64,000 nt of DNA. Origin: Bdellovibrionales bacterium. GTDB lineage: Bacteria; Bdellovibrionota; Bdellovibrionia; Bdellovibrionales; Bdellovibrionaceae. Positions 1-10,179 of the stretch are shown in pieces. Where the stretch lies: assembly GCA_031370005.1 (NCBI GenBank), contig JANMPT010000028.1, forward strand, positions 128,001-192,000, in the 5' to 3' direction. The number at the start of each line of letters is the position of its first letter. The stretch's first letter is position 1. Below the pieces are notes generated by a model that worked only from the letters and a program-made list of their open reading frames with translations, was not told the origin of the DNA and made no database searches. The translations under genes were made by a program, and so were the position numbers.

Positions 1-589
1 CTGTTCCCTCGATATAAGTTACAAGACCACCATCACCATTGAGCTGAATACGACCGTCTAGTACGAATTCAACACGAGTTCCACTGGAGCGGTCCCAATC
101 CATAGTTTGTTTGTTCTTCAAGATACCTGTATTTGATTTGATATCCACATCCACTTGCGCAGACATGGCTTTTCTCATACTTTTTGTCTTTGAGATTACT
201 TGCACACCACGAGCATTGGTCATTTGAGCCCATGTTGTCGCTGCTGAGATACCTATTCCCTGTTGACCACGAGAACACTGTCCTCGACCAAATTTTGAAG
301 ATGCTAAGTACTCTCCATAAACCTTTGCAAGATCTTCCCCATCAATGCCCGGGCCATTATCTTCGACAACAATTCGAATAAGATCTGTATTCTTTGTCGA
401 ACCAATTCCAACTTTTGCAACTTCAATTAATATCTCAGGTAAAATTCCTGCTACCTCGCAGGCGTCTAATGAGTTATCTACGGCCTCTTTCAAAGTCGTC
501 AAAACTGCCTTCAAAGGAGAGGAAAAACCCACCTGCTGTAGGTTTTTTGCAAAATATTCGGCTGTACTACTTTTGGTAATTTTACTCAC
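1..589 (-). CDS. top6B: DNA topoisomerase VI subunit B, 5' part (runs off window start)
   Basis: Not in ORF track. Manual translation from GTG at 589: MSKITKSSTAEYFAKNLQQVGFSSPLKAVLTTLKEAVDNSLDACE...VEDNGPGI...YLASSKFGRGQCSRGQQGIGISAA, i.e. Top6B-type GHKL motifs. Confidence 0.9.
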   Translation of the reverse strand, partial: MSKITKSSTAEYFAKNLQQVGFSSPLKAVLTTLKEAVDNSLDACEVAGILPEILIEVAKVGIGSTKNTDLIRIVVEDNGPGIDGEDLAKVYGEYLASSKFGRGQCSRGQQGIGISAATTWAQMTNARGVQVISKTKSMRKAMSAQVDVDIKSNTGILKNKQTMDWDRSSGTRVEFVLDGRIQLNGDGGLVTYIEGT

Positions 590-736
590 AGCTGCTTTAT
601 CCCTTTTAATTTCAACAGGTTATATCCAAGGTCAAACATGGACCTAAGGAACACATATTTCTAGGTTAAGCCTATTGCGTGGTGTTAAAGCAAGGCTTTT
701 GAAGTCTTAGCTTATTTTTTAAGCATGCGCTGCGTC

Positions 737-1060
737 TTATTTAGACCCATCATCGCCCCTACCATCGGTCCCATTTTTTGCTATGTTTTCCATGGTAAGT
801 TCGACAGACATCTTATGGCCCTTTTTAGAGTTGCAGTCCTTACAAGAGGGAACACAGTTCTTTTTATTGGATTTGCCTCCCCGGACAATGGGCGTCAAAT
901 GATCCATTGTAAGCTCTGATGGCTTAAAGCTTCCCTTGCAGTGATAGCAAGTTCCCGTCCCCAATTGCTGCCTCCACCACTGACTTTGGCGCAATTCACG
1001 GGCTTTCGCTTTTTCGCGTTTTTGATGCTCAGGGCTTGCAGCTTGAAAAAAGATACTCAT
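737..1060 (-). CDS. HNH endonuclease
   Basis: CYHC...TMDHLTPIVRGG...NCVPSCKDCNSKK HNH/zinc motif. Confidence 0.85.
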   Translation of the reverse strand: MSIFFQAASPEHQKREKAKARELRQSQWWRQQLGTGTCYHCKGSFKPSELTMDHLTPIVRGGKSNKKNCVPSCKDCNSKKGHKMSVELTMENIAKNGTDGRGDDGSK

Positions 1061-1092
1061 ACTAGCAAAAGCTTATATCACAAGGAGCCACT

Positions 1093-1593
1093 ATGACCAA
1101 AACAGAAGTTGCAACACTTGCCGGAGGATGCTTTTGGGGTATGGAAGATTTATTAAAAAAACTTCCCGGGGTTCTTGATAGCGATGTGGGCTATACTGGA
1201 GGCAGCACTCCAAATGCCACCTATGAACAGGTTAAAACTGGCAAAACCGGACATGCAGAGGCCGTGCAAATTCAATTCGACCCAAAGATCCTTAGCTATG
1301 AAGACATACTTTTGTACTTTTTTAAGATCCATGATCCGACTACCGCCGAACAACAAGGCAACGATCTTGGCGACCAATATCGTTCGGCAGTTTTCTATGA
1401 TAGCGAAAGTCAGCGGGAAGTTGCCGAAAAGGTCATTGCTCGCGTAGATAAATCCAAGGCCTGGAAGCTTCCCCTTGTCACCACGATAAAGCCCTTGGAA
1501 AAGTTTTATCGAGCGGAGGATTACCATCAGGATTATTTAGAAAAACACTCCAATGGCTATACCTGCCATTTTTTGCGAAATATTAGTTTTTAA
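1093..1593 (+). CDS. msrA: Peptide-methionine (S)-S-oxide reductase
   Basis: GGCFWG motif, AEDYHQDY; AGGAG RBS. Confidence 0.95.
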   Translation: MTKTEVATLAGGCFWGMEDLLKKLPGVLDSDVGYTGGSTPNATYEQVKTGKTGHAEAVQIQFDPKILSYEDILLYFFKIHDPTTAEQQGNDLGDQYRSAVFYDSESQREVAEKVIARVDKSKAWKLPLVTTIKPLEKFYRAEDYHQDYLEKHSNGYTCHFLRNISF

Positions 1594-1615
1594 TTCGAAG
1601 CTTGCAAGTTCAGAA

Positions 1616-3535
1616 TTATTTTCCGCTGGGATAATAAAGGCGGTTATCCCACATGCCTTCGTTAAAATATTGAATAGATGCCTTGAGGCGCTCCTCTAGA
1701 TGATGACGACGGTCTTGAAGTCCCAAGAACGGAACTTTTTCGAAGGGGTCTTGGATCTTGTACATTTTCATTTCCGTGCCGACAAACCAATCTAAAAAAT
1801 AATCATCCGCTACCAGGAAATACCTGCCATCGAGATAAAGAGTTGCCGTACGCTCTCCAGGAATAAAAACCGAACGGCTCAGATAATTTTCTTCTTTATT
1901 TTCCAAGTCTAGAAAGTCCATTATAGAAGGTAAAATATCAATTTGTTGAACGACTTGATCTCGATTGATCTCTTTGGGCCACTGGTAGTTCGGATGATAA
2001 AATAAAATTGGAACCCGGAAGCGTGAGAGTTCGTTTTCGTTCTCTGGTCTATAATTAAAGCCCGTATGATCTGCGGTAATCACAAAAAGGGTATTTTGGT
2101 ACCAAGGTTCTTTAGCGGCTTCTTCAAAAAATCCTTGCAGAGAGTAATCCGCGTAAGCAATGCTCTCGAGAATTTCATTGGGACCCTTTGGGAATTTTCC
2201 TTTGTACTGATCGGGAATTCTATAGGGATTATGAGAGCTCAGCGTAAATACTGTCACAAAAAATGGCTGGCTCATTGTATTGATTTTTGTTTTCATAAAT
2301 TGCAAGAAAGGTTCATCAAAAATACCCCAAGTACCATCATTTTGACTCGCATCCGGAAATTCATTGGCTCCGTAATAACTATCAAAGCCCGCACTCTTAG
2401 CGAAGGAATCGAAATACATCGTACCATTGTTGCCACCGTGGAAGAAGCTTGTTGGATACTTTTGACTCGTCAACATGCTTCCTAGGCCTACGAAATAATT
2501 CGATGAAAAGTGCGAGGAAATAAAAGGCTCATTCATCATTGCCGGAATTCCTGCCGTCACCGCAGCAACGCCCTCGATGGATCTTCTTGCATTGGCAAAA
2601 CCATTTTTAAAAAATAAGCTTTTCCGAGCTAGAGAATCCAGAAACGGAGTGAAGCCCTTGCCTCCATTGACTTCCCCCATGTACTCAAGACTAAAGCTCT
2701 CAAGAATAATCACCACCACATTTTGAGATTTTTTCATTCGGCGCCCCGATAAAAGCGAAGGCACTTTGCTTGCTCCGTTCAGGTGGCTCAACATCTCATT
2801 CCGATCTGCAAAATAAACGTCATGAGACAGGCTTTCAGCTCCATAACTCTTGATGAAGGTAAATGTGGAATTTAGAATCAAGTTATTAAGAATAGGGGCT
2901 ACAAAAACATGGGCGTTAACAATGTTCAGAGGCTTTTTCTGTAAGCCACCACGAATGCCAATCACCACTGTCACTAGAACTAAAAAGACCGCAATGATGT
3001 AATAGGGGATTTCCCTACTAGACGAAAATAAATAAATACGTCTTGAGGGGCGGTGAAGAATTTTCCAAACGGCCCAAACAAAAAAGCCCATGGCGCTAAA
3101 ATTAATCACCGCCAAATGCCAATAAGAGCCCAAAATACCAGCCAATTTACTGTCCATCTCTCCGACAACAAAAAGCGCATCATAAGAAAAGCGCCGACCT
3201 ACAAAATTGATGAACTCAGTGTCTCCTAGATTCATAATCATAAAGGCCAAGAAAAATGGCGCATAAAGCCAGAAGGCCACGGTTTCCCAGGCTCTATGGC
3301 GTTTTTCAGACCAGGGCCAAAAGCTCCATAAAATCACTGGAACTAAACTCATACAGATAGCGGAAATATCAAAACGAAAACCTAGGAAAAAGGCCCAAAG
3401 AATGTCCAGATTCTCTTTGGATTTATAATGAGGCCAGTTCCATATCAGAAACTCCATCCGAGCGAAGAGATAAAACAATACTGAAAGGGCTACAAGACCC
3501 AAAAGTTTTTCAAAACGACGTAAAAATTCAGCCAT
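1616..3535 (-). CDS. LTA synthase family / sulfatase-like membrane protein
   Basis: N-terminal TM helices, then NVVVIILESF, TPFLDSL, TLSSHNPY, ITADH. Confidence 0.85.
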   Translation of the reverse strand: MAEFLRRFEKLLGLVALSVLFYLFARMEFLIWNWPHYKSKENLDILWAFFLGFRFDISAICMSLVPVILWSFWPWSEKRHRAWETVAFWLYAPFFLAFMIMNLGDTEFINFVGRRFSYDALFVVGEMDSKLAGILGSYWHLAVINFSAMGFFVWAVWKILHRPSRRIYLFSSSREIPYYIIAVFLVLVTVVIGIRGGLQKKPLNIVNAHVFVAPILNNLILNSTFTFIKSYGAESLSHDVYFADRNEMLSHLNGASKVPSLLSGRRMKKSQNVVVIILESFSLEYMGEVNGGKGFTPFLDSLARKSLFFKNGFANARRSIEGVAAVTAGIPAMMNEPFISSHFSSNYFVGLGSMLTSQKYPTSFFHGGNNGTMYFDSFAKSAGFDSYYGANEFPDASQNDGTWGIFDEPFLQFMKTKINTMSQPFFVTVFTLSSHNPYRIPDQYKGKFPKGPNEILESIAYADYSLQGFFEEAAKEPWYQNTLFVITADHTGFNYRPENENELSRFRVPILFYHPNYQWPKEINRDQVVQQIDILPSIMDFLDLENKEENYLSRSVFIPGERTATLYLDGRYFLVADDYFLDWFVGTEMKMYKIQDPFEKVPFLGLQDRRHHLEERLKASIQYFNEGMWDNRLYYPSGK

Positions 3536-3623
3536 TTCTAACTCTTACATCCGCGAGAAGCCCGCTGTCACCTGCTCAGTTAGCACTTGCGCCAAAACTA
3601 AGCTTCTGGTAGTTATTTTAGCT

Positions 3624-3854
3624 ATGACATCACAAGAAATGAAAGCTCGTTTAATCAGTGTTTATCCCGATGGCAATATTGAAATCTATGACACCACCGG
3701 AACCCAGGATCATTGGGAGGTCAGTGTTGAAAGTAAGGCTTTTGCAAGCCTCAGCCGCATTCAACAGCACCAGCATGTTATGGCTGTCTTTGGCCCTGAA
3801 CTTAAAACTGGCGAAGTCCATGCCCTTTCCATTAAAACTAAAGTGAAAATATAA
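3624..3854 (+). CDS. bolA: BolA/IbaG family protein
   Basis: SRIQQHQHV...VHALSIKT; adjacent to monothiol glutaredoxin. Confidence 0.9.
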   Translation: MTSQEMKARLISVYPDGNIEIYDTTGTQDHWEVSVESKAFASLSRIQQHQHVMAVFGPELKTGEVHALSIKTKVKI

Positions 3855-3882
3855 AATCTATAATCCTATTTTGGAGGACTGA

Positions 3883-4191
3883 ATGTCTGCAACTCATGAA
3901 CGTATCGAAAAACTTTTGAATGAAAACAAAGTCGTGCTTTTTATGAAGGGCACACAAAGCTTTCCAATGTGCGGGTTCTCTTCACGCGCGTGCTCCATAC
4001 TTCAAGACATGGGAGTCAAATTCCATGGCGTGAATATTCTTGAGGACGAAGACCTTCGCCAAGGAATCAAAGAATACGGTAACTGGCCAACAATCCCTCA
4101 GCTTTATATCAACAAGCAACTCGTTGGCGGAAGTGATATCATGATGGAAATGTATCAAAACGGCGAACTTCAAGAACTCGTGAAAAACTAG
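3883..4191 (+). CDS. grxD: Monothiol glutaredoxin (Grx4)
   Basis: LFMKG..PMCGFS and WPTIPQLY motifs. Confidence 0.95.
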   Translation: MSATHERIEKLLNENKVVLFMKGTQSFPMCGFSSRACSILQDMGVKFHGVNILEDEDLRQGIKEYGNWPTIPQLYINKQLVGGSDIMMEMYQNGELQELVKN

Positions 4192-4196
4192 CACTC

Positions 4197-4421
4197 ATGA
4201 GATGCAATGTTGCCCTTTGGGACCGCATTCTAAGATTTATCTTTGGTGTCGGTTTTTTCGCCTATGCCGTTGCCGGCGGTCCAGCGTGGGCTTTTGGCGG
4301 TGTGTATTTGATTTTTACTTCTGCCTGGGGCTTTTGCCCCTTGTATGCAAGTTTGAAAATTCGCACACTTCGGGAAGAAAAGAGATCGCCACGCATCAAT
4401 CCTTTTGAGGAACAATCATGA
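4197..4421 (+). CDS. DUF2892/YgaP-like small membrane protein
   Basis: NV..WDRILR, two TM segments, GFCPLY. Confidence 0.75.
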   Translation: MRCNVALWDRILRFIFGVGFFAYAVAGGPAWAFGGVYLIFTSAWGFCPLYASLKIRTLREEKRSPRINPFEEQS

Positions 4422-5806
4422 TTCATCAGCTTCCCGAGCTATCAAGGCTCCTTCCACAAGATCAAATAAAAACTGATCCTGAGTCTTTGAAGTACTACGG
4501 AAAAGATTGGTCTACATACTTTGATATTAATGCATCTGCAATTCTCTTTCCTTGCACGACGGAAGATGTAGTCAAAATTGTTCGATGGGCTCGCGAACAT
4601 AAAATTTCGTTAGTGCCTTCTGGTGGTCGTACGGGTCTGAGCGGGGCTGCCGCAGCAACCAAAGGCGAAGTGATTATTTCCTTTGAACGAATGAATCAAA
4701 TTCTGACTTTTAACCCCGTCGACCAAACGGTGGTTTGCCAAGCTGGTGTCGTCACTAAAGCATTGCAGGAATTTGCGCTTACCAAAAACCTTTATTATCC
4801 AGTAAATTTTGCGGCCAGCGGCTCTTCGCAGATTGGCGGAAATATTGCGACAAATGCAGGTGGTATCAAAGTTTTGCGCTATGGCCTGACTCGTGATTGG
4901 GTTGCCGGCTTAAAGGTTGTCACGGGTTCTGGTGAAATCATGGAGCTCAACAATGCTCTAGTGAAAAATGCCACAGGATTAGATTTTCGCCATTTATTCA
5001 TTGGCAGCGAGGGCATACTTGGTTTTATCACCGAATGCACAATGCGTCTGGCTCCGCCACCGCCCCCTATGAAGGTTATGGTTCTTGGAGTCCCAAGTCT
5101 TGATGCAATAATGAAAATCTTTGCGCAATTTAAAAGTAATACGACAGTTGTGGCCTTTGAAATGTTCTCGGACAAGGCATTAAAACATGTATTGGACAAC
5201 ACGGCTCTTCCTCGTCCTTTCGAGACTGAAACTCCATTTTATGTTTTAACAGAAGTGGAAGCTCGCAATGAAAAAGAAGAGGGGCTCGCTTTGGATGTAT
5301 TTGAAAGGTGCTTACTCGAGGGCTGGGTTTCTGATGGCGTCATGAGCCAGTCAGAAACACAGGCAGCTGCTTTCTGGCGCTTGCGTGAAGATATCAGTGA
5401 GTCTTTATCAAAGCACACTCCTTATAAAAATGATATCTCTGTAGCAATTTCTCAGGTTCCATCCTTTATGAACGAACTTGATGGTATTCTCTCTAAATCT
5501 TATCCAACGTGGGAAGTTGTTTGGTTTGGTCACATTGGTGATGGCAACCTGCATATTAATATTTTGCGCCCTATAGGGCTTCAAAAGGAAGACTTCATCA
5601 AAGAATGCCGCAAGGTTGATATCTTAGTTTTTGAAGCTGTCATGAAGCACAAGGGTTCCATCTCCGCTGAACATGGTGTCGGCTTGACCAAAAAACCGTT
5701 TTTGAGATTCACCCGTTCTCAAGCTGAAATTGAAATAATGAAGGGAATCAAAAAAGTTTTTGATCCCGATAATATTATGAATCCTGGCAAGGTCATCGAT
5801 CTTTAG
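4418..5806 (+). CDS. FAD-binding oxidoreductase, D-2-hydroxyglutarate dehydrogenase-like
   Basis: SGGRTGLSG, GGNIATNAGG, FGHIGDGNLH, SAEHGVG motifs. Confidence 0.85.
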   Translation: MIHQLPELSRLLPQDQIKTDPESLKYYGKDWSTYFDINASAILFPCTTEDVVKIVRWAREHKISLVPSGGRTGLSGAAAATKGEVIISFERMNQILTFNPVDQTVVCQAGVVTKALQEFALTKNLYYPVNFAASGSSQIGGNIATNAGGIKVLRYGLTRDWVAGLKVVTGSGEIMELNNALVKNATGLDFRHLFIGSEGILGFITECTMRLAPPPPPMKVMVLGVPSLDAIMKIFAQFKSNTTVVAFEMFSDKALKHVLDNTALPRPFETETPFYVLTEVEARNEKEEGLALDVFERCLLEGWVSDGVMSQSETQAAAFWRLREDISESLSKHTPYKNDISVAISQVPSFMNELDGILSKSYPTWEVVWFGHIGDGNLHINILRPIGLQKEDFIKECRKVDILVFEAVMKHKGSISAEHGVGLTKKPFLRFTRSQAEIEIMKGIKKVFDPDNIMNPGKVIDL

Positions 5807-7008
5807 TAGACCACGCGAGTACGGATACTACGGCTTAGTTTTTGAATTTCATCAGCCAGCTTCTGAGCGTGGGAAGAGTTTAAATCCATTACCATGTAGC
5901 CTACCATATCGTCCGTCGAAAGAAATTGGGCCTCGATATTAGCCCCCTCTTTCGAGATGATTCCATTGATTTCACCTAGAACACCGGGCTCATTGCGATG
6001 CACATTCAAAATTCTCGAAGTTCCCTGTTTTACTGGCAGATCAACATTCGGAAAATTCACGGCGCCACTGCTGGAGCCAATTTTTAGATAACGACAAAAG
6101 CTCTCGGCGACCTCAATACCAATAGAGTACTGTGCCTCCTCAGTGCTGCCCCCAATATGCGGAGTCAGGATCACGTTGCCAAGCCCTTGCAAGGATGAAG
6201 CAAATTTTTCTTTGTTTGAGGCCGGTTCTTCAGGGAAAACGTCGATTGCGCATCCGGCAATATGTTTTGACTTCAGGGCTTCGACAAGATCATCAATCAC
6301 CACCACACTGCCGCGGCTGGCATTGATCAGATAGCTCCCCTTTTTCATATGCTTTAACTGCTTTGCGGCTATCATGTCTTTGGTTTGTGGAGTCTCAGGG
6401 ACATGCATACTAACAAAGTCAGAAGCCTGCAGTAAATCATTCAATGAAGATTTCATGATAGCATTCCCAAGTGGTAATTTCTTAATCACGTCGTAAAAAA
6501 GAACCTTCATCCCAAGTGCTTCTGCTAAAATACTAACCTGACTACCAATGTGGCCATAACCCACAATGCCCAAAGTTTTACCGCGAACCTCACGAGAGCC
6601 CTCGGCACTTTTCATCCACTCACCTTTGTGGGCAAGTGTATTGCGATCCCCCAATTGACGAGACAACGCAATCATTTCAGCAATCACCAACTCGGCTACG
6701 CTGCGAGTATTTGAATGAGGCGCATTGAAAACTGCAATCCCCTCTTTACGGGCCGCTTTAAGATTAATTTGATTCGTACCGATGCAAAAAGCTCCCACAA
6801 CAAAAAGATGAGAATTTTTTTCGACGACCTTGGCGGTAAGTTCTGTTTTAGATCGAAGGCCAATAGCTTGATATTTCGGCAGTGTTTTTAAAAGCTCCTC
6901 TTCTGAAGGAGCATAAGGAATCAAATCGACCCTAAATCCCTCTTGCTCTAATTTTTCCTTGGCAACGGGGTGAATATTTTCGACTAACAGGATTTTCAAT
7001 GAATTCAT
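5803..7008 (-). CDS. serA: D-3-phosphoglycerate dehydrogenase (short ACT type)
   Basis: FCIGTNQ, GIVGYGHIG, TPHIGGSTEEAQ, C-terminal ACT domain; ATG 7008 follows GGGAG. Confidence 0.95.
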   Translation of the reverse strand: MNSLKILLVENIHPVAKEKLEQEGFRVDLIPYAPSEEELLKTLPKYQAIGLRSKTELTAKVVEKNSHLFVVGAFCIGTNQINLKAARKEGIAVFNAPHSNTRSVAELVIAEMIALSRQLGDRNTLAHKGEWMKSAEGSREVRGKTLGIVGYGHIGSQVSILAEALGMKVLFYDVIKKLPLGNAIMKSSLNDLLQASDFVSMHVPETPQTKDMIAAKQLKHMKKGSYLINASRGSVVVIDDLVEALKSKHIAGCAIDVFPEEPASNKEKFASSLQGLGNVILTPHIGGSTEEAQYSIGIEVAESFCRYLKIGSSSGAVNFPNVDLPVKQGTSRILNVHRNEPGVLGEINGIISKEGANIEAQFLSTDDMVGYMVMDLNSSHAQKLADEIQKLSRSIRTRVVY

Positions 7009-7130
7009 TGCGTGGACTCCCATTGAAAAAGTCTATCTCTTTCCATAAGCTTTACCAAGCCATCAAGCTCTTACCATAACGTCATGCGCTAATGGTAGCC
7101 AAAACAGATTACGAAAGGGATGCTTTCGAA

Positions 7131-8498
7131 ATGAAAACTTCTAGAGCATTTCATCTATTGGTTGTTGATGACGACACTTTAATTCACCAGTCGCTGAAGC
7201 TATGTATTTCTGCGCCTTGGAAGATCATTTCAGTCTCAAAAAAAGAACTAATTCCATATAGCAATTTCTACCATGCAGCCATGGTCGATATGCACCTGAC
7301 ACAAGGGAGTAAAGAACCTGAAGGCGTTCAAGTCATCGAAAAATTGGTCAAACACAATCCACAATTAGAAGTCATCGCAATGTCTGGGAATCTCAATCGC
7401 GAAACCATGGAGCTCTGTTTGAAAGCTGGAGCACAAAGGTTTCTTGCCAAGCCTTTACTTTCTGAAGAAGTACTTTTGGTTTTAAATAAAATTGAAGCAT
7501 ACTGGAGCATTCGCAATATTGACTCTGCAGGAAAAGGTATTTCGTGGACGGGCTCAGGCCCTACTTCGCAAAAAATCAAAAAGAGTATTGCCGATTTAAA
7601 GGGCGAAACAAAAACAATTCTAATCGAAGGCGAAACTGGTTGCGGTAAAGAGGTGGCGGCGCGCCTGCTGAACCAACAAGAAGATGAACGCCCTTTTGTT
7701 ACCGTAAATATATCAAGCATCCCAGAGAATCTTTTTGAATCTGAACTTTTTGGCCATGTGAAGGGAGCCTTCACTGGTGCCGATCAAAATAAAATTGGCC
7801 TAGCGGAGGCGGCGCATGGTGGCGATCTTTTCTTAGACGAAATTGAGTCTCTGCCTCTTTCACAACAAGTAAAGCTTTTGCGGTTCCTTGAATCTGGCGA
7901 AGTTCGTCGGGTGGGTGCTAAGGAGTCTTTTAATATCCAAACCCGAGTAATTGTAGCTAGCAATCAGCCTCTCAAAAAACTTGTGGCAGAGGGTAAATTC
8001 CGTGAAGACCTTTACTTTCGTCTCTCAGGCCAACGTATAGAGCTGCCGCCGTTAAGAGCACACAAGGAAGATATTCCCGATCTCGCAAAACATTTCTTAG
8101 ACCAAGAAAGGCCACGCAGAAATAAACAGTTCACTGAAGATGGCTTCACGGCCTTGCTTGATTACGATTGGCCCGGCAATGTGCGCGAGCTAAAACGCGT
8201 CTGCGAACAAATTAGTCTAACCTCACCGCTGCCCCTTATTCGCAGCGAAGATGTTGAAGCATTGCTAAACTCTGATGGCACAAAAAAAAGAAGCCAGATC
8301 AACTCACCCGCTTCTAATGAGGATATTGACTTCTCAAAGGGGTTAAATGTTCTAGTTGAAGAGTTCGAAGCAGATCTCATTCGCGCCTGTCTACGAACAA
8401 CCAAAGACGTGGAAGAGGCTTCCAAACTTTTCAAGGTATCACGTTCAAATCTATATAAAAAAATCAAAGATTATAAAATCGACGAGGGAACATTATGA
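7131..8498 (+). CDS. Sigma54-dependent NtrC-family response regulator
   Basis: REC domain, GETGCGKE, GAFTGA, WPGNVREL, Fis-like HTH; start may be 7092. Confidence 0.92.
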   Translation: MKTSRAFHLLVVDDDTLIHQSLKLCISAPWKIISVSKKELIPYSNFYHAAMVDMHLTQGSKEPEGVQVIEKLVKHNPQLEVIAMSGNLNRETMELCLKAGAQRFLAKPLLSEEVLLVLNKIEAYWSIRNIDSAGKGISWTGSGPTSQKIKKSIADLKGETKTILIEGETGCGKEVAARLLNQQEDERPFVTVNISSIPENLFESELFGHVKGAFTGADQNKIGLAEAAHGGDLFLDEIESLPLSQQVKLLRFLESGEVRRVGAKESFNIQTRVIVASNQPLKKLVAEGKFREDLYFRLSGQRIELPPLRAHKEDIPDLAKHFLDQERPRRNKQFTEDGFTALLDYDWPGNVRELKRVCEQISLTSPLPLIRSEDVEALLNSDGTKKRSQINSPASNEDIDFSKGLNVLVEEFEADLIRACLRTTKDVEEASKLFKVSRSNLYKKIKDYKIDEGTL

Positions 8499-9415
8499 TT
8501 GGCACCTCCTGGTCAAGCCCAATATACCAGCAAACCGTAATCATCGTCCTGAGTATTATTTTTGGTTCGGGCTTGATTGTTTATTTCCTTCGCAAGAGCA
8601 GCTATTACTTTAACGCAAGCTGGGCAAGCATTAAAAGCTGGCTCATTGTTGCCCCTATCCTTTTTGTATTAATGGGGCTACCAAGCCCCATGCCGCTGGT
8701 GGTTCTTGTAATGATTGCGATTATGGGGGCGAAGGTCTATTTCCAAATCATGGGAATGTTTCATCGCAGTTATTTTGTTTTGATTTGTTATGGGGGCATC
8801 ATCGCCTTAGGCGTCTGCACTTACTTCAATCGTGTGGACATCTACAATGTTATGCCCATGCTGGTTCTTGGTGTTTCATGCCTGGTCCCTATGGCGCGCA
8901 ATAGTTACAAGCAAATGATTCAATATATTTCACTGACACTTCTCGGATTCATTTTCCTCGGCTGGTCCTTCATGCATTTGGGCCTGATACTTCATCTCGA
9001 AAATGGAATCTATCAACTCACCTATCTAATCATCCTAACAGAGTTCTGCGACAATACAAATTTGGCCCTAGGTCGTTATATTGGAAAAACTAAAATCTTT
9101 CCTAAATTAAATCCAAGAAGAACTCTTGGAGGACTTTTTGTTTCTATTTTGCTGACTCTAGTTCTTGCTGGCATTATGAGGTTTTTATTACCAGATCGCT
9201 CCGATAAGTACTGGCTGACTGCCGGATTGATTGCAAGCTTAGGCGGCTTTATCGGCGATCTCGTAATGAGTGTGATCCGCAAAGACGCGGGTGTAAAAAT
9301 TGTAGGACCTTTTATTATTGGTCGCGGAGACTTCCTTCATCGTATGGATAGATTGATTTTCGTGGCTCCAATTTATTTTTATATCATGTTGTTACTTCCG
9401 GATATTTCCTTATGA
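8495..9415 (+). CDS. Phosphatidate cytidylyltransferase family (CdsA/YnbB-like)
   Basis: Polytopic; P.RTLGG, GDLVMSVIRKDAGVK, G.G..HRMD variant of the CTP_transf_1 motif. Confidence 0.85.
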   Translation: MIGTSWSSPIYQQTVIIVLSIIFGSGLIVYFLRKSSYYFNASWASIKSWLIVAPILFVLMGLPSPMPLVVLVMIAIMGAKVYFQIMGMFHRSYFVLICYGGIIALGVCTYFNRVDIYNVMPMLVLGVSCLVPMARNSYKQMIQYISLTLLGFIFLGWSFMHLGLILHLENGIYQLTYLIILTEFCDNTNLALGRYIGKTKIFPKLNPRRTLGGLFVSILLTLVLAGIMRFLLPDRSDKYWLTAGLIASLGGFIGDLVMSVIRKDAGVKIVGPFIIGRGDFLHRMDRLIFVAPIYFYIMLLLPDISL

Positions 9416-10179
9416 GGGACTGGAACTACGACAATGAGCAATGGACAAAGTTGCCGACTTATCTGAAGCATCTTCCACTCTTCACTAGGCATGTCGATTT
9501 ATTTAGCGCGTGCATGCGCTTTTTATGGTCAATTTTTCTGAAGGATATTGTTTTTAAATTTTATATTCGTCTTAAAGTCACCGGCGGAAGCTTTGCTCAG
9601 ATTTATAAAGAACACCCAAAGTTGCTAGTAATCTCGAATCATACAAGTCATTTGGATGCGACCTCCATCGCCGCCGCTATTCCAAGGCGTTACTGGCTGG
9701 ATCTTTACATTGCTGCCGCCAAAGATTACTTTTTCACAAATCCAGTATTTACTTTTTTCTCGAAGCACTGCTTAGGAGCCATACCTATCGATCGCAAGGA
9801 TCAACATGGACAAGCAATAAATTTAATTATTCGTCTGCTCCATGATTTGCCACGAATTTGGCTGATTATTTTCCCCGAAGGCACACGCTCAAAAGATGGG
9901 AAAATTCAGGAGTTCAAACGTGGAATCAGTATTTTTGCTGAGCGCACACAAACGCCCATTCTGTTTTTGTATATCGATGGCAATGCAAATTTATGGCCAA
10001 AGGGAAAGCTTCTGCCAAAACCAGGTAAGATAGTCTTACATGTTGGCCCGGTTCATCCACCATGCGATATTAAGACAGTGTATGCTGCTTACCGGGCTTG
10101 GGTTATCACTATCAATCCAAATGCCTTTTCCTTTAACCCGCAGGAGGAATCCAATGAACACTCAGAATCTGAAACTTAA
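9412..10179 (+). CDS. Lysophospholipid acyltransferase (PlsC-like)
   Basis: NHTSHLD and IFPEGTRS motifs. Confidence 0.9.
   Translation: MRDWNYDNEQWTKLPTYLKHLPLFTRHVDLFSACMRFLWSIFLKDIVFKFYIRLKVTGGSFAQIYKEHPKLLVISNHTSHLDATSIAAAIPRRYWLDLYIAAAKDYFFTNPVFTFFSKHCLGAIPIDRKDQHGQAINLIIRLLHDLPRIWLIIFPEGTRSKDGKIQEFKRGISIFAERTQTPILFLYIDGNANLWPKGKLLPKPGKIVLHVGPVHPPCDIKTVYAAYRAWVITINPNAFSFNPQEESNEHSESET

Noticed and set aside
1..589. GyrB/ParE
   Set aside because: Lacks the GGKF...GGLHGVG signature; has the Top6B SSKF...SRGQQGIG signature.
10040..10153. N-terminal extensions in the ORF track (also 21567, 27229, 35729, 40188, 53011, 53351)
   Set aside because: Downstream starts have better RBS, signal peptides or family-typical N-termini.
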